Source: Octopus sinensis | Lineage: Eukaryota | Reading direction: 5' to 3' | Assembly: GCF_006345805.1 (NCBI RefSeq) | Contig: NW_021833238.1 | Span: 1-64,000, forward strand | Length of the DNA: 64,000 bases | Shown: piece after piece, positions 38,258-50,761 of the stretch | Layout of the letters: every line of letters starts with the position of its first letter | Position numbering within the stretch: the first letter of the stretch is position 1 | Position numbers and translations under genes: made by a program | The notes under the pieces: model-generated | Databases searched by the model: none | The model's input: the letters and a program-made list of their open reading frames with translations, nothing else | Told to the model about the DNA's origin: nothing

Positions 38258-39159
38258 AAAGACCTACTCATTGAAATTAAAGACCTACTCATTGAACTAA
38301 AGACCTACTCATTGAAACTAAAGACCTACTCATTGAAATAAGACCTACTCATTGAATTAAAGACCTACTCATTGAAATTAAAGACCTACTCATTGAAATT
38401 AAAGACCTACTCATTGAAATTAAAAACCTACTCATTGAAATTAAAGACCTACTCATTGAAACTAAAGACCTACTCATTGAAATTAAAGACCTACTCATTG
38501 AAATTAAAGACCTACTCATTGAAATTAAAGACCTACTCATTGAAATTAAAGACCTACTCATTGAAATTAAGACCTACTCATTGAAATTAAAGACCTACTC
38601 ATTGAATTAAAGACCTACTCATTGAAATAAAGACCTACTCATTGAAATTAAAGACCTACTCATTGAAATTGAGAAAATGTGGCATCTCAAGGAGGTTACA
38701 ATACCAGTGATCGTAGGAGCACTAGGACTGATCAAGAAGGACCGAAAATTATATGAGAATGATCCCTGGCTTACCATCCCTGCAAGAAGTGCAACAAATT
38801 GTCTTAACTGGTACATCACACGTATTGAGAAGAGCATTGTCGATGTGAGAACTGTTGCTGCTGCTCATGTATTTTAATTTAACTTAAAAAAAAAAAAAAT
38901 GAACGAACTATTGAGTTTGGTTTAATGGCCTACCAATGTATACTATGAGTTTCTTTGCCCTAGGAGTCGGGAAGACACTCGGCAAGAAATGGAAGCAAAT
39001 TTGAAAGAAGAAAAAAAAAGTAATAATAATAATAATCTGCCATAGGTGTATGGAAAACACTCGGCGAGAAACGGAAGAAAATTTGAAGAAAGAAGGAAAA
39101 AACATAATAATAATGATAATAATAATAATAATAATAATATATAATAATAATAATAATAA

Positions 39160-39190
<31 letters not shown>

Positions 39191-39742
39191 AAAAGAAGAA
39201 GATGATGAAGAAGAAGAAAGAAGAAGAAGAAGAAGAGAAGAAGAAGAAAAGAAAAAAGAAGAAGAAGAAGAAAAAGAAGAAGAAGAAGAAAAGAAGAAGA
39301 AGAAAAGAAGAAGAAGAAGAAGAAGAAGAAGAAACAAAGAAATGAAGGAAGGGAGGTATATTTGATGAACGATTATAGATTAAAGAATAGAGTTCGTTGC
39401 CAAGTATACGCTTTCTTTTCATTTAACAATCACTGGAAACTTTCCTGTCATCTCAGTTCGTTATTTTTGGCTTGTTCGTTATTTTCTATTTTATTGCCTT
39501 ATTAGCTTCTGTAAGGTAATAAGACGACTTGGGAATGTAATACCAGGAAGGTTTTGAGTAAATACTACAAAGCGTAGTTGTGGTATACCTTACTGATTCT
39601 TAAAATTTATTTAGCAAATCAATATCGCTCTTACGTTCGATTTTGAATTTGTTTGGCAAGAATATTGATCTGGAAGTGTGTTGTAACCAATATAGTTATA
39701 TATGGAATAAGTAAAGAGAAAAGGCTTAAATAAATGGCTAAG

Positions 39743-39778
<36 letters not shown>

Positions 39779-39827
39779 TAATAATAATAATGATGATGAT
39801 GATGATGATGATGATAATAATACCAAC

Positions 39828-39871
<44 letters not shown>

Positions 39872-39887
39872 TAATGATAATAATAAT
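38258..39887 (+). repeat. Tandem duplicate of 36671-38257 (~1.6 kb)
   Basis: Same 20-unit array with the same variant order, Dong end, (AAT)(AAG) tract and unique DNA; differs mostly by 1-bp indels. Confidence 0.92.
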
Positions 39888-39889
39888 GG

Positions 39890-40152
39890 CTTCTTTTATT
39901 TGCCACCAGGGCGAACGATGAGTGTGGACAATACAAAGACATACTTAGGGTGCATCAAAAGCCACGGCTTGCCTAAGCTGCCACTCAGAGGGAGCTGACA
40001 GCAGATTGACCGCCTCGCCATTGGAACGCGTCCCTTCCACAAGAACATGAACAAGAGACGTTCCAATTGATCAAGCAATAACTGGGGTAAAGCACGACGG
40101 TTAGACAATAAATGATAACGGAGGCGATGTAGGCTTTCACCACCTCTGCCCG
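39890..40152 (-). mobile_element. Internally deleted Tx1/L1 fragment
   Basis: LERLLFMFLWKGRVPMARRSICCQLPLSGSLGKPWL, homologous to 14476-14590, joined directly to a 3' tail gccctggtggcaaataaaagaa. Confidence 0.8.
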
Positions 40153-40512
40153 ATTATCTGACTGATAAGAGAAGGCTTTGCATGGTGGATTTCCAAAGAT
40201 AGTAGCGGAAAATAGTAATAGTGAGACATAATTGTGGTTCCAGAAAGGAAGACTGAAACAGAAGTTTATTAATAGCAGCTCAAGACCAGGCATCGAGAAC
40301 TAACAGGATAAAAACTAAGACAAAAATCAAGTAGATTCCCAATGTAGGTCATGTAAATCAATGGAAGTGTCAAATAATCGGACACAGATGGGATACAAAA
40401 AAATATATGACAACCTATAGAGGATAATCGTCTGGGAGGTATGTAGAAAGCTAGAACTTGACCACATTGATAAGTGGTATGAAAACGAACCTAGTAAAGT
40501 GCTAGAAAGTGC
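40152..40512 (+). mobile_element. R4/Dong fragment related to family 2
   Basis: Aligns by eye with 35412-35790 (EKALHG, AAQDQA, WYENEPSKVLE). Confidence 0.75.
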
Positions 40513-41662
40513 TGAACCCGAAACCACAAGGCTGCAAAGTGAGCTTCGCTTTTATCAAAAGATGTACGATCAAACTTTATAGGCGGATACTCTAAACATA
40601 TTACTGTTATTGCTTTTATATACGTTAAAAAAGTATAGTGAAATAAATTCCACCGCGAATTGTACATGGTGAGTTAGCTAAAGTCTTGTAGTAAATCATC
40701 TACTGTCATTTACTTACGACTACACTAAATTAACCACCATTTTTGTTTTGGCTATAAAATTATTTTTATAACTGTTGGAGGGGGATCGAAGGATTGTTTT
40801 ATACGTTAAAGTACGGGCACTATTCAGTTACGTCCCTCTACGCCCTGGCTCTGAACCTAATCGAAATTTATTTCCAGGTACGATATAGAATCGCTAACTG
40901 TAGCTCCTAAAGAGTTCTATTACAGAGTGTGAAAATGGAGGTTAATAATTTAAAGAGGGATCAACAGAATGACATAAAAAAATGAAAAGGAAGAAAAGAG
41001 ACTCAATTCAAAATTTACCTCGTAGTTTGATTAGAAAAACAAGATCCTAAAGGTTAGCGACTCCCAAAGAAAGGAGAAAATTTTATAAAATTAAGAAATA
41101 TTTTCATAAAATTCATTGACATTCGAGTGAGGAAAGGTAATCTTTACAAATACGAAAGGAGAGAGCTCCGGACATGTTTCAGTCCTATTGTTCCTCATTA
41201 GCATAGCATAGTTAAACTCAGGTCTGCTTTATCAGTTTAGAAACAATATTACATGCAAAGAGTTGCAAAAATGTTTGTTAGTAGTAATTTGCATAATTAA
41301 GAAAAAATAATTAAATGAGCCACATGAAATAATTCATATGGGTAAATAGCATGCAGTTAGAAAATTAAGTTAAGGTGATATACTAAATGATGCATACAAA
41401 AATATCTTTGTTAATTAAAAACCTCTTTATTGGAGAAAGAAAAGAAGGATCTAGCGGTAATTCTTAGCCACTATCCAAGAAAAGGAGCGATAATTTGCAC
41501 CCATCATTTAATATGTCGCCCTTTACCTCATCTAAATCCAAGCTATCGGCATATTTGAGATATTTCATTCTGTTCATTTTATTTATAATTGTGAAGAACA
41601 TTTGATCAAAAGGCCGGTCTCTCTTCTTGATAAAGAAATTCATCACAGTAATTTTGGTTGAT

Positions 41663-42178
41663 AAATAATAAAATAAATGCGCCCTTTTAAAGTCTAGCCA
41701 GGCTCAAGGACCCGGTTTCCCGGTTTCTATGGCGTATGTGCTCCCCAGCTGGACGGGACGCCAGTCCATCGCAGTGTTACTCATTTTTGCCAACTGAGTG
41801 GACTGGAGCAACGTGAAATGAAGTGTTTCGCTCAAGAACACAACGCGTCGCCCGGTCCAGGAATCGAAACCACAATCTTACGATGATGATGCTGACACCC
41901 TAACCACTAAGCCACGCGCCTCCACTCATGCTCTTTTTTTAAAAGCATAGCCATACTCATGGGCCCGGTTTCCCGGTTTCTATGGCGTATGTGTTCCCCA
42001 GCTGCATGGGACGCTAGTCCATCGCAGCATTACTCATTTTTGCCAGCTGAGTGGACTGGAGCAACGGGGAATGAAGTGTTTTGCTCAAGAACACAACGCG
42101 TCGCCCGGTTCAGGAATCGAAACCACAATCTTACGATCATGAAGCTGACACCCTAACCACTAAGCCACGCGCCCCCAC
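41663..42178 (-). mobile_element. SINE type B dimer within one TSD
   Basis: Two head-to-tail copies; 13-bp aattttggttgat at 41650 and 42179. Confidence 0.9.
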
Positions 42179-43167
42179 AATTTTGGTTGATGTAGTTTCT
42201 TAACATTTTTCTCTTCGGATTCTACTGATTTATTTCGTCATTTCTTCACATGGCTGTAAATCGGTCGAAAAATTCTTCCATTCAACGCGTGAACTACGAA
42301 TATCCCCGCTTTTAGCAAGTCAAAATGTGTTCCTATTAAATGTCAAAAAATTTCATTTCCTTCCCCCTCTCTCTTTCTCTCTCCCTCTGTTTTTATCTGC
42401 CTCTCTCTTTCTCTCTCTCTCTCTCTGTCTCTTCCTGTCCCTCTGTCTCTGTCTCTTTCTCTCTCTTCAACACATTCTTTCGTTATATTATTCCACAACT
42501 TACACTGCAACCCGTTTGACATGTAGCTGAACAACTCTTACAACAGACAAGTATCTACCCAGTCCTTTGTTTGCTTTAGTCACACCCAGAGTTAGTTACA
42601 TTTTTAAACCAATCTATTCAATCCCCTCTTTCTCGCTCTCTGTTTCCTTCACTCCCCCTCTCTCCCTTTGTACTCTAAGCATATTGCTATTAGTCATGCT
42701 TCCAATTCACCGACCCGTTGTTAAAACAACTGCCATATCGAATACACCTGCCATATTAAAATCTTCTATTCTGGGAAAGGTTTAAAGATAAGATTTCATC
42801 GTAAATATTTGCATTCTAGTTCTATATGTTTAACCACTTACGACCATGAACTCTGCTATAGACTTCAATAAATTACTGAAACTTGCACTGCATAATTCAC
42901 CGCACTATTCCCGGCTTTACTACAGTACTATAGGACTTCACTACTATAACCTCAACCACACGACTATATATTCCATTACACTATAACAGCCTCCTACATT
43001 ATTACTTCCATTACAGTACTTCATTAACTACTGCAATTCTGAAGCCTCCAGTGCATTAAAAACTATAAGGCGGCAATCTGGCAGAATCGTAGCTGGGCAT
43101 TTCACAAAGAAACGCGCGCTCACATAAATACACACACAGGCATGCACGTGCAGGTATATACGATGAA

Positions 43168-43707
43168 GTGGAGACACAATACCCCAGTTGTTAGGGCAGC
43201 AGACTCGCGGTCATAGGATCGTTGTTTCGATTCCCAGACCGGGCATTGTGAGTGTTTATTGAGCGAAAACACCTAACCTGCTCCGGCAGGGGATGGTGGT
43301 GAACCCTACTATATTCTTTCACAATTTCCTCTCAGTTTCTTCCCGTTTCTGTTATGCCTGTATTTCAAAGGGCCGGCCTTGTCATACACTGAGTCACACT
43401 GAATCTCCACGAGAACTACGTTAAGGGCACACATGTCTGTGGAGTGCTCAGCCACTTGTACGTTAATTTCACGAGCAGGATGTTCCGTTGATCGGACCAA
43501 CTGGAACCCTCCTCGTCGTAATCGACGGAGTGCCAAGATATACGACGGGCTTTCACACCGTTTCAATTAACAAATTCACTCAAAAGACATTTGTCGGCCT
43601 GGGTTTACAGCATAAGAATTTTTCCCAAGGGGCCGCGCAATTGAATTGAACCAGAAACCACGTAGTTCCAAAGCGATCTTCTTAATCACACGGCCATGCC
43701 AGCGCCT
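43168..43707. mobile_element. SINE type A (+, 43168-43533) followed by a type D fragment (-, 43540-43707)
   Basis: Similarity to the 5612 and 18168 copies. Confidence 0.85.
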
Positions 43708-44066
43708 ATTATGCTAACATTTGTTGGGTATAACTGATTTCCACTACAGCGCGCATTTTACATTATTCTATACAAGATCGTATTTGGTCTTTTATACCGA
43801 AGCTTTATTGAGATTGTGGCAAGATCACTCTACCATTATTCTTTCGTATTATAAGGAAGTATGCATCTCCACTTCACATCAGAGCAGCTTCTGGTATTTT
43901 TATCTTCAGGACTATCCTTTCTATGGATTGCATTGTATAATATAATAGCTTGGCCACAAAATCAAACTTCATAGGCAGTTGGTTTCTATATATGTATGAA
44001 TGTATGTATGTATATATGTATGTATGCATGTATGTATGTATGTATGTATGTATGTATGTATGTATG

Positions 44067-44105
<39 letters not shown>

Positions 44106-44734
44106 TGCATGTACGTACGTATGTATATATGTATGTATGTAGGTATATTGGAACGTATCTATATATGCGTGTATGTATGCATTTATGTAAAAATGTATGT
44201 ATAAATGTACACAAAAATGTAAGTAACAATTCATATATCTAAGAATATATACACATTTCTATTTCTATATGAATTTATGTATGTCTTGTGTTGTGTTCTG
44301 TTGTCTTGTGTATGTGTGTGTCTGTGTGCGTGTGTATGTGTGTGTGTGTGATCATTTTATATTCGTCTACGTCGTTCTCTGTCTGTGTTTTCAGTAAATA
44401 ACCATAGAAGTAAAAGTTTCTATGTTTAAAGTATTATTCCGATTATTTGTTTATTAACTTTTATCTAATTAGAAACATAATCTAGAAGTCAAAGTCACTG
44501 CAGTTGCACAGAGTTAGGTTAGACAGACATAAAAATACATACATACACGTGTGCGCACTATATAGATAGATAGATTGATAGAAATCCTTGCATATAAATT
44601 TGTGTGTATATATAAACACACATGCATATATACATATGTGTGTGTGTATATGCATATATATTAAAAATGTATATATATACATATGAATATATATAAATGT
44701 ATATATAAATGTATATATATATATATATATATAT

Positions 44735-45487
44735 TTATATAGAGGGCATTATACATACATGCCGAGGGCATTATATACTGCCACACGCTAAGAAGGACAA
44801 TTAGTCATTTCTACCAAAAATTTTACAATCCACCGAATGCAATTTTTCAAAGTAAGATATTTAAAAATATAGATGTATCACTGTGATTTCATACCTCTGT
44901 ATTCATCAGCAAGCCTGGATGTATCATAAATAAACGACCCTGCCTCGCTTAAGCCGAGCAGCTAACCGGTCACATCAACGAAGCACATGGGTGAGTTACA
45001 TATATACATCCGGTAAATGCAGACTTTTACGAATTGCATTTCGGGAAAGGAAAAGTTTTTTCGGAATAAAAATTTAGCAATTAAGGACAACTACTTAATA
45101 GGAAAACTTAACAAGAAATTGTCAGGTAGATAGCGTGAAAGACCTCATAGAGAGAAAAAAATTTCGAAAATAATTATTTCTTATTGAACATATTAATTTA
45201 TATATAGAGGGCATTATACATACATGCCAGGTATACCGGTCTAAGATTAATTCTGTATTTTGTATATTTTCATCTGTCTTACCCGCTTATGTTCTGGTGT
45301 TTGCGGAATTTCTCTGGAGAACATTCTTTTCTTTGTAGTTAGAACGTAGGGGATCTTCTTCTAGCATATTGGATGTCCACTTAGTGGTCCTATTACAATT
45401 TTTCTGAATTTCCAGATTTTTCTATATGCTAGGCTACTGGTTTTAAATTGATATTTATTAAATTAATATTCAATTTATAACCCTCAA
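44735..45487 (-). mobile_element. Penelope-like fragment with intact hammerhead core
   Basis: Direct repeat gagggcattatacatacatgcc (44742, 45207); minus 44874-44911 CUGAUGA-AUAC-agag-GUAU-GAAA-UCACAGUGA-UA; 45400-45487 matches 18621-18716; TA flanks. Confidence 0.65.
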
Positions 45488-45493
45488 AGATAT

Positions 45494-45545
<52 letters not shown>

Positions 45546-45546
<1 letters not shown>

Positions 45547-46575
45547 GAGAAGTCAAGAATTATCCGCACTTTTGCCATAACATATCCTTATTATGTCACA
45601 CTGCCTTCTGCGCATGCGTGCTTATAGTCGGTACTATTGTGGTCACGTGATCAAAGTTTGGGCTTCATCGAGCCGTTTTTTCTTTCTGGATTTACAGTGT
45701 AAGCATGGCCGCTCCACTACCAATGGGCACCAAAGAAGAATAAAGAGCAGTGATCAGATTTCTCTGGTCGTGAGGGGTGTCAGGTGCTGAAAATCATCCA
45801 CGATGAGCTCGGCTTCTATAAAACCTGTGCAAGATGGGTGTCAAGAGAGCTTACTGCAGAGAACAACCGCAAATACCTTGAGGTTTGCCAACGTTTACTC
45901 GATCGCTACAAGAATGAGGGCGAGGAATTTTTGAACAGAATAGTCGCAGGAGATGAAACGTGGGTCCATCATTATGAGGCAAAAGCCAAAAGACAGAGTC
46001 TGGAGTGGAAACATCCTGGCTCACCAGCGACGAAGAAATGCAAGACTCGGTCTTCTGCAGGAAAGGTGATACTAAGGCTTTTTTGGGATTCAAAAGGTCT
46101 ATACTGGAAGATTACCTGGACAAGGGTGTACGATCAACAGTGCAAGATACAGTGCTTTGCTGGCCAACCTAATGAAGCCAGCATTTCGCACCAAACGCCG
46201 AAGCCTATTGTCGAAAAAACTGTTTTGTTGTTGCATTACAATGCATGCCCACCCACGGCCGCCCAGACCGTTGAAGCCATTAACCAAATGTGCTAAATAG
46301 TTCCGATGAATTTTAGAACCTGGCACACCTTCTGACAAGAGAAATCGGATCACTGCTCTTTGTTCTTCTTTGGTGCTCATTGCTAGTGGACCAGCTATGC
46401 TTACACCGTGAAGCCAGAAAGAAAAATGGCGCGATCAGGCTCAAAGTTCGATCACGTGGTCACAATGGTACTAACTATAAGCGCACATGCGCAGAAGACA
46501 GTGTTTACAAAGCAGTTTTTACAATAATAAAGATATGTTATGGCGAAGGCACGGATAATTTTTGACTTCCCCTCG
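45546..46575 (+). mobile_element. Mariner derivative made of two inverted 5' ends around a deleted transposase core
   Basis: TA flanks, TIR cgaggggaagtcaaaaattatccg; ORF 45784-46296 ARWVSREL, VAGDETW, AGKV..FWDSKG; minus ORF 46380 MSTKEEQRAVIRFL. Confidence 0.92.
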
Positions 46576-47086
46576 TATATACACGCGCGCACACACAAAC
46601 ACACAAACACAAACATATACATATGCATACATAAATACAAACTGACAAAGGGAAAGAGAGAGAGAGAGAAAGAGACAGAGGAAGGAAGATTAATGAAAAG
46701 TACGTGTGTACCACTGATTGCAATTATCATAATCCTGTCAAAGGTTTAAGACGTGATTATCTGTCTGTTATCAATTCTGTAGTATATCTACTCTCAAGTT
46801 CATTAACTCAGCACTCCTTATCAGCCACTTGTATTCAATATTGTTGTAATAGGCTTTGCAGTCTTACAGATCGTGCGTAGATAAATATAGTTGAAATACA
46901 ACTGAACAACTTACTGAAATAGAATTGTGCATGGTTGAAAGAAAATAATTGGTTTCTAAGTAGACACAGAGCAAGACAGCAAGCTAACAGAACCGTCAGC
47001 ACTCCGCGCAAAATCCTCAGCAACAATTTATCCTTCTTTGCATTCTAATGTTTTACGTTCTTGTCCCAGTTTGTATTTTTTTACAT

Positions 47087-47148
<62 letters not shown>

Positions 47149-47193
47149 ATATATTATATATATATATATAATATATATATATTATATATATAT

Positions 47194-47246
<53 letters not shown>

Positions 47247-47250
<4 letters not shown>

Positions 47251-47457
47251 ATGGCCTAGTGGTTAGGGCAGCGGACTTGCGGTCGGAGGATCGCGGTTTC
47301 GATTCCCAGACAGGGCGTTGTGTGTGTTTATTGAGCGAAAAAAACACCTAAAAGCTCCACGAGGCTCCGGCAGGAGGTGGTGATCCCTGCTGTACTCTTT
47401 CACCACTCTAAAGGCGGTGCTCCAGCATGGCCGCAGTCAAATGACTGAAACAAGTAC

Positions 47458-47470
<13 letters not shown>
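47247..47470 (+). mobile_element. Chimeric SINE: head A joined to type D tail
   Basis: Head A to ctctttcaccactct, then aaaggcggtgctccagcatggccgcagtcaaatgactgaaac and poly(A). Confidence 0.85.
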
Positions 47471-47494
<24 letters not shown>

Positions 47495-47620
47495 CATGCA
47501 TACAAATACATATACATATGCATATATATCACATCATAATGTCATTTAAGCACACAAAGAACTTGTGCATGAAAATATTAGCGCGTATTAGCTGACATGC
47601 AATCTCACCGGTAAAATTGT

Positions 47621-47852
47621 AGGCGGCGAGCTGGCAGAGACGTTAGCACGCCGGGCGAAATGCGTAGCCGTATTTTGTCTGTCGTTACGTTCTGAGTTCA
47701 AATTCCGCCGAGGTCGACTTTGCCTTTCATCCTTTCGGGGTCGATAAATTAAGTACCAGTTACGTACTGGGGTCGATGCAATCGACCTAATACCTATGTC
47801 TGTCCTTGTTTGTCCCCTCTGTCTTTAGCCCCTTGTGGGTAATAAAGAAATA
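47621..47852 (+). mobile_element. SINE type C with Tx1-like tail
   Basis: 15-bp TSD ggtaaaattgtaggc (47610, 47853). Confidence 0.92.
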
Positions 47853-48233
47853 GGTAAAATTGTAGGCAATAGATCCTCCATAAAGTTATCCACACCAAAA
47901 CAAATTAACCCGTGAATAATGATCAAAATAATTTTTACGATTAAGTCCACACGATTTTGCCCGCTATAAAGGAACCGATACAAACGTCAAGTCTGTACAT
48001 TACCTGACGATGAGACAGTGATGATCTTGGAACGTTGAATATGGATTTAGGAACTTTATTGTTCAAAATTCATTGTCTTCACTGTAATTAAAAGGATTAA
48101 ACAACAACATAGTCGTTTATTTAATGGAAAAGACATATCTCTATCTGTGAATGTGTGTACTTGTGTGTGTGTGGTGTACAAGTATATATATGTTTATACA
48201 TATGTATATACATACACACAAAATCTATATGTA

Positions 48234-48450
48234 CAGGGTGGCCCAAAAGTAAGCTTACAGTTATTCAACTATCTTTCGCATTCATATATTAACAGTTTAG
48301 ATCTTAATTATAGAAAAATATGAAAGCATTATTCTATGCTTATTTATATAATAAACAATATGACTGCAAGATAGAAATTTAAATAAAATGTTTTAAAAGA
48401 AATTTAAAGTGCGTACGTGATAACTGTAAACCTACTTTTGGGCCACTCTG
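48234..48450. mobile_element. Tc1/mariner-type MITE (217 bp)
   Basis: TA TSD; ~30-bp TIR cagggtggcccaaaagtaagcttacagtta / taactgtaaacctacttttgggccactctg. Confidence 0.9.
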
Positions 48451-48741
48451 TATATCTATATTAATTAATTAATAACGAAAGAACAGCAATTACGTTTCCA
48501 AATTAATTAGCTTATAAGAAGCGGCGCACTCGGAGGCGAGTATGAGTGCAACATCTTGCAGTCTCCTTGCAGGCATAGAATCGAAGTGTATGTTTAGTTT
48601 GGAAAGCATTTAAAGGCATAGAAATATATAAATAATCTAATGCGGTTTACCATATGTGTGTTTGTGTGTGTGTGTACGTGTGCGTGCGCGCATGTGTGTT
48701 TGCGCGCGTGTGTGTATGTGTGTGTACATATATATATATGT

Positions 48742-48781
<40 letters not shown>

Positions 48782-50190
48782 TCGCGCACAAACGAATATA
48801 CACGCTCACGCAAATATACACAGCGAGAGAGAGAGAGAATGAGAGAGAGAATGAGAGAGAAAGAGGGATAGAGAAAGCGGGAGAGGGAAAGAGAAAGAAA
48901 GAAAGAGAGCGAGAGAGTGATATGTTGATAGATAGAAAGATAGATAGATAAATAGACAGGAATACTTTTTGTTCATCAAAATGACAAAATTAAAGTTTAC
49001 TATGTTGGACTTTGTTGATTTAGAATTAATAGATTTTGGTATTGAATACGTTCGAAGACAATTCGTTTTGAAGCAAAGATTTGAATTTTTCAGCGGAAAC
49101 AGCAAGATATAGTAATTAGTCAGAGAAATGAAATAAATAATTTATTAAAAAATAAATCACCAAGATTAATTATTCTGAGACGCCATTCACAAGAATAACA
49201 ATGATTAAGTTTAGATCTAAATACTTAACGAATTAAACTCCACCAGTGCAATTAGAAATACTCAGATATTGAAGAGAAAGACATCAGTAGTTCAATCATT
49301 GATTGCATTTTAACCATTTCGGTAACTACGGGAGACAACTGCATGCATGTTTTGGTCCGATCAGACCTCAATAGCAGATTGTAGATTTTTACTGTACTTT
49401 TTAAGTACAGTTCAGAATATTTACAGTATAATATTTACAGTATTCTGTTGTGTCTGGGGAGAGTCATTTTCTTTTTGTGCCTTATAATATAACACACTCA
49501 CCGGTAAAATTTCCACTTTTTCTTATTTTTATTTTCTTAAAATATAAAGAATCTTGCAAACCAAATCCAAAAACGATATATTTACAGTATTTTCATGGCT
49601 TCTGAAACAATCATTGATTTATAAAGAAATCATCTGAGAGAATTACAGATGCTTATACAATTCATGGGGAGAAATGTTAAAAAAAAAGAACAATAATAAT
49701 TTTGAGTGTTTTATGCATTTCTTTAGCAACCATCTCTGTTTAAATACTTCATCTACTTATTTAGTAATTTAGATTATACTACATTATTCTTCTACCGATG
49801 AATGATGTCTTTATTAAGTTGCTTATCATCACAACTATTATTAAATATTTACGTCTTGTATAATATTTAGTCGTTATCTTTTAGACACGTCTCTTCCTGT
49901 CGTCACTGTGTAACCCAAAGGCATAGTTACTTGGTACTCAACAACCGAGCAGTTGCTGTCGTTGTTATCACCGTAAGTGTTGTTGCTGTTGTTTAGATTC
50001 AGGTTGGCATACATAGAGGAACTCGTATTGAAAGCAAATCCAACCGTAGTTGGACTACATTATTTAATGCGTTCAGTTTTATATTTAAAGTGGTATGGTG
50101 TGAATAGAGATTTTACTGTTATTTTAATTTCCAACTATAACACGAAAGATAATAAGGGAGGTCATTAATTCAGAAATTTTGAATTAAATA

Positions 50191-50761
50191 TTGGGTTGTC
50201 CGGAAAGTTCGTGCCAATTTATAGTAGCTTACCGTTCGACTTATTTTAGAACGTAGTTGAGTCCATAAAATAGGATTTGACTACACCTCCATTTAGAGCA
50301 CAGAATAAGCTATCTTTTCGTGGAAGAAGGTTTATGAACATTGTTCATTAACCTGTGTTAATTCTGTAACCCCTTAAAATGGAAGAGAAGAAAGTTCATT
50401 TTCGGCACTTGATGCTTTGGGAACCAGACAAAATTGCTGCAGCTCGGCTGGGGTGTGTTACCCCACCCTCCATATTCACCAGATATTGCTCCTTCGGACT
50501 TCCACTTATTCAAGTCTCTGCAGAATAGTCTTAATGGTAAAAATTTCAATTCCTTGGATGATGTAAAAAGATACCTTGATGAATTCTTTGCCATGAAACC
50601 ACCTCAATTCCGGGAAGAGGGTATTTTCAAGTTAAAGGAAAGATGGAGACGCATTGTGCAACAAAATGGTTCACATTTGGTTGATTAAAAGTGTAAAGGC
50701 AAGTATTTATTGACCTTTTTCTTTCCTTTAAAAATCGGCACGAACTTTCTGGACAACCCAA
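50191..50761 (+). mobile_element. Internally deleted mariner retaining the C-terminal transposase
   Basis: TA TSD, TIR ttgggttgtccggaaagttcgtgcc; ORF 50434-50688 LPHPPYSPDIAPSDFHLFKSLQN. Confidence 0.93.

Noticed and set aside
36671-38670. 21-bp arrays as a CRISPR array or repeat-protein gene
   Set aside because: No spacers, eukaryotic context, and the unit is Dong ORF sequence; the MSRSLIS and LKTYSLK ORFs are alternative frames of the repeat.
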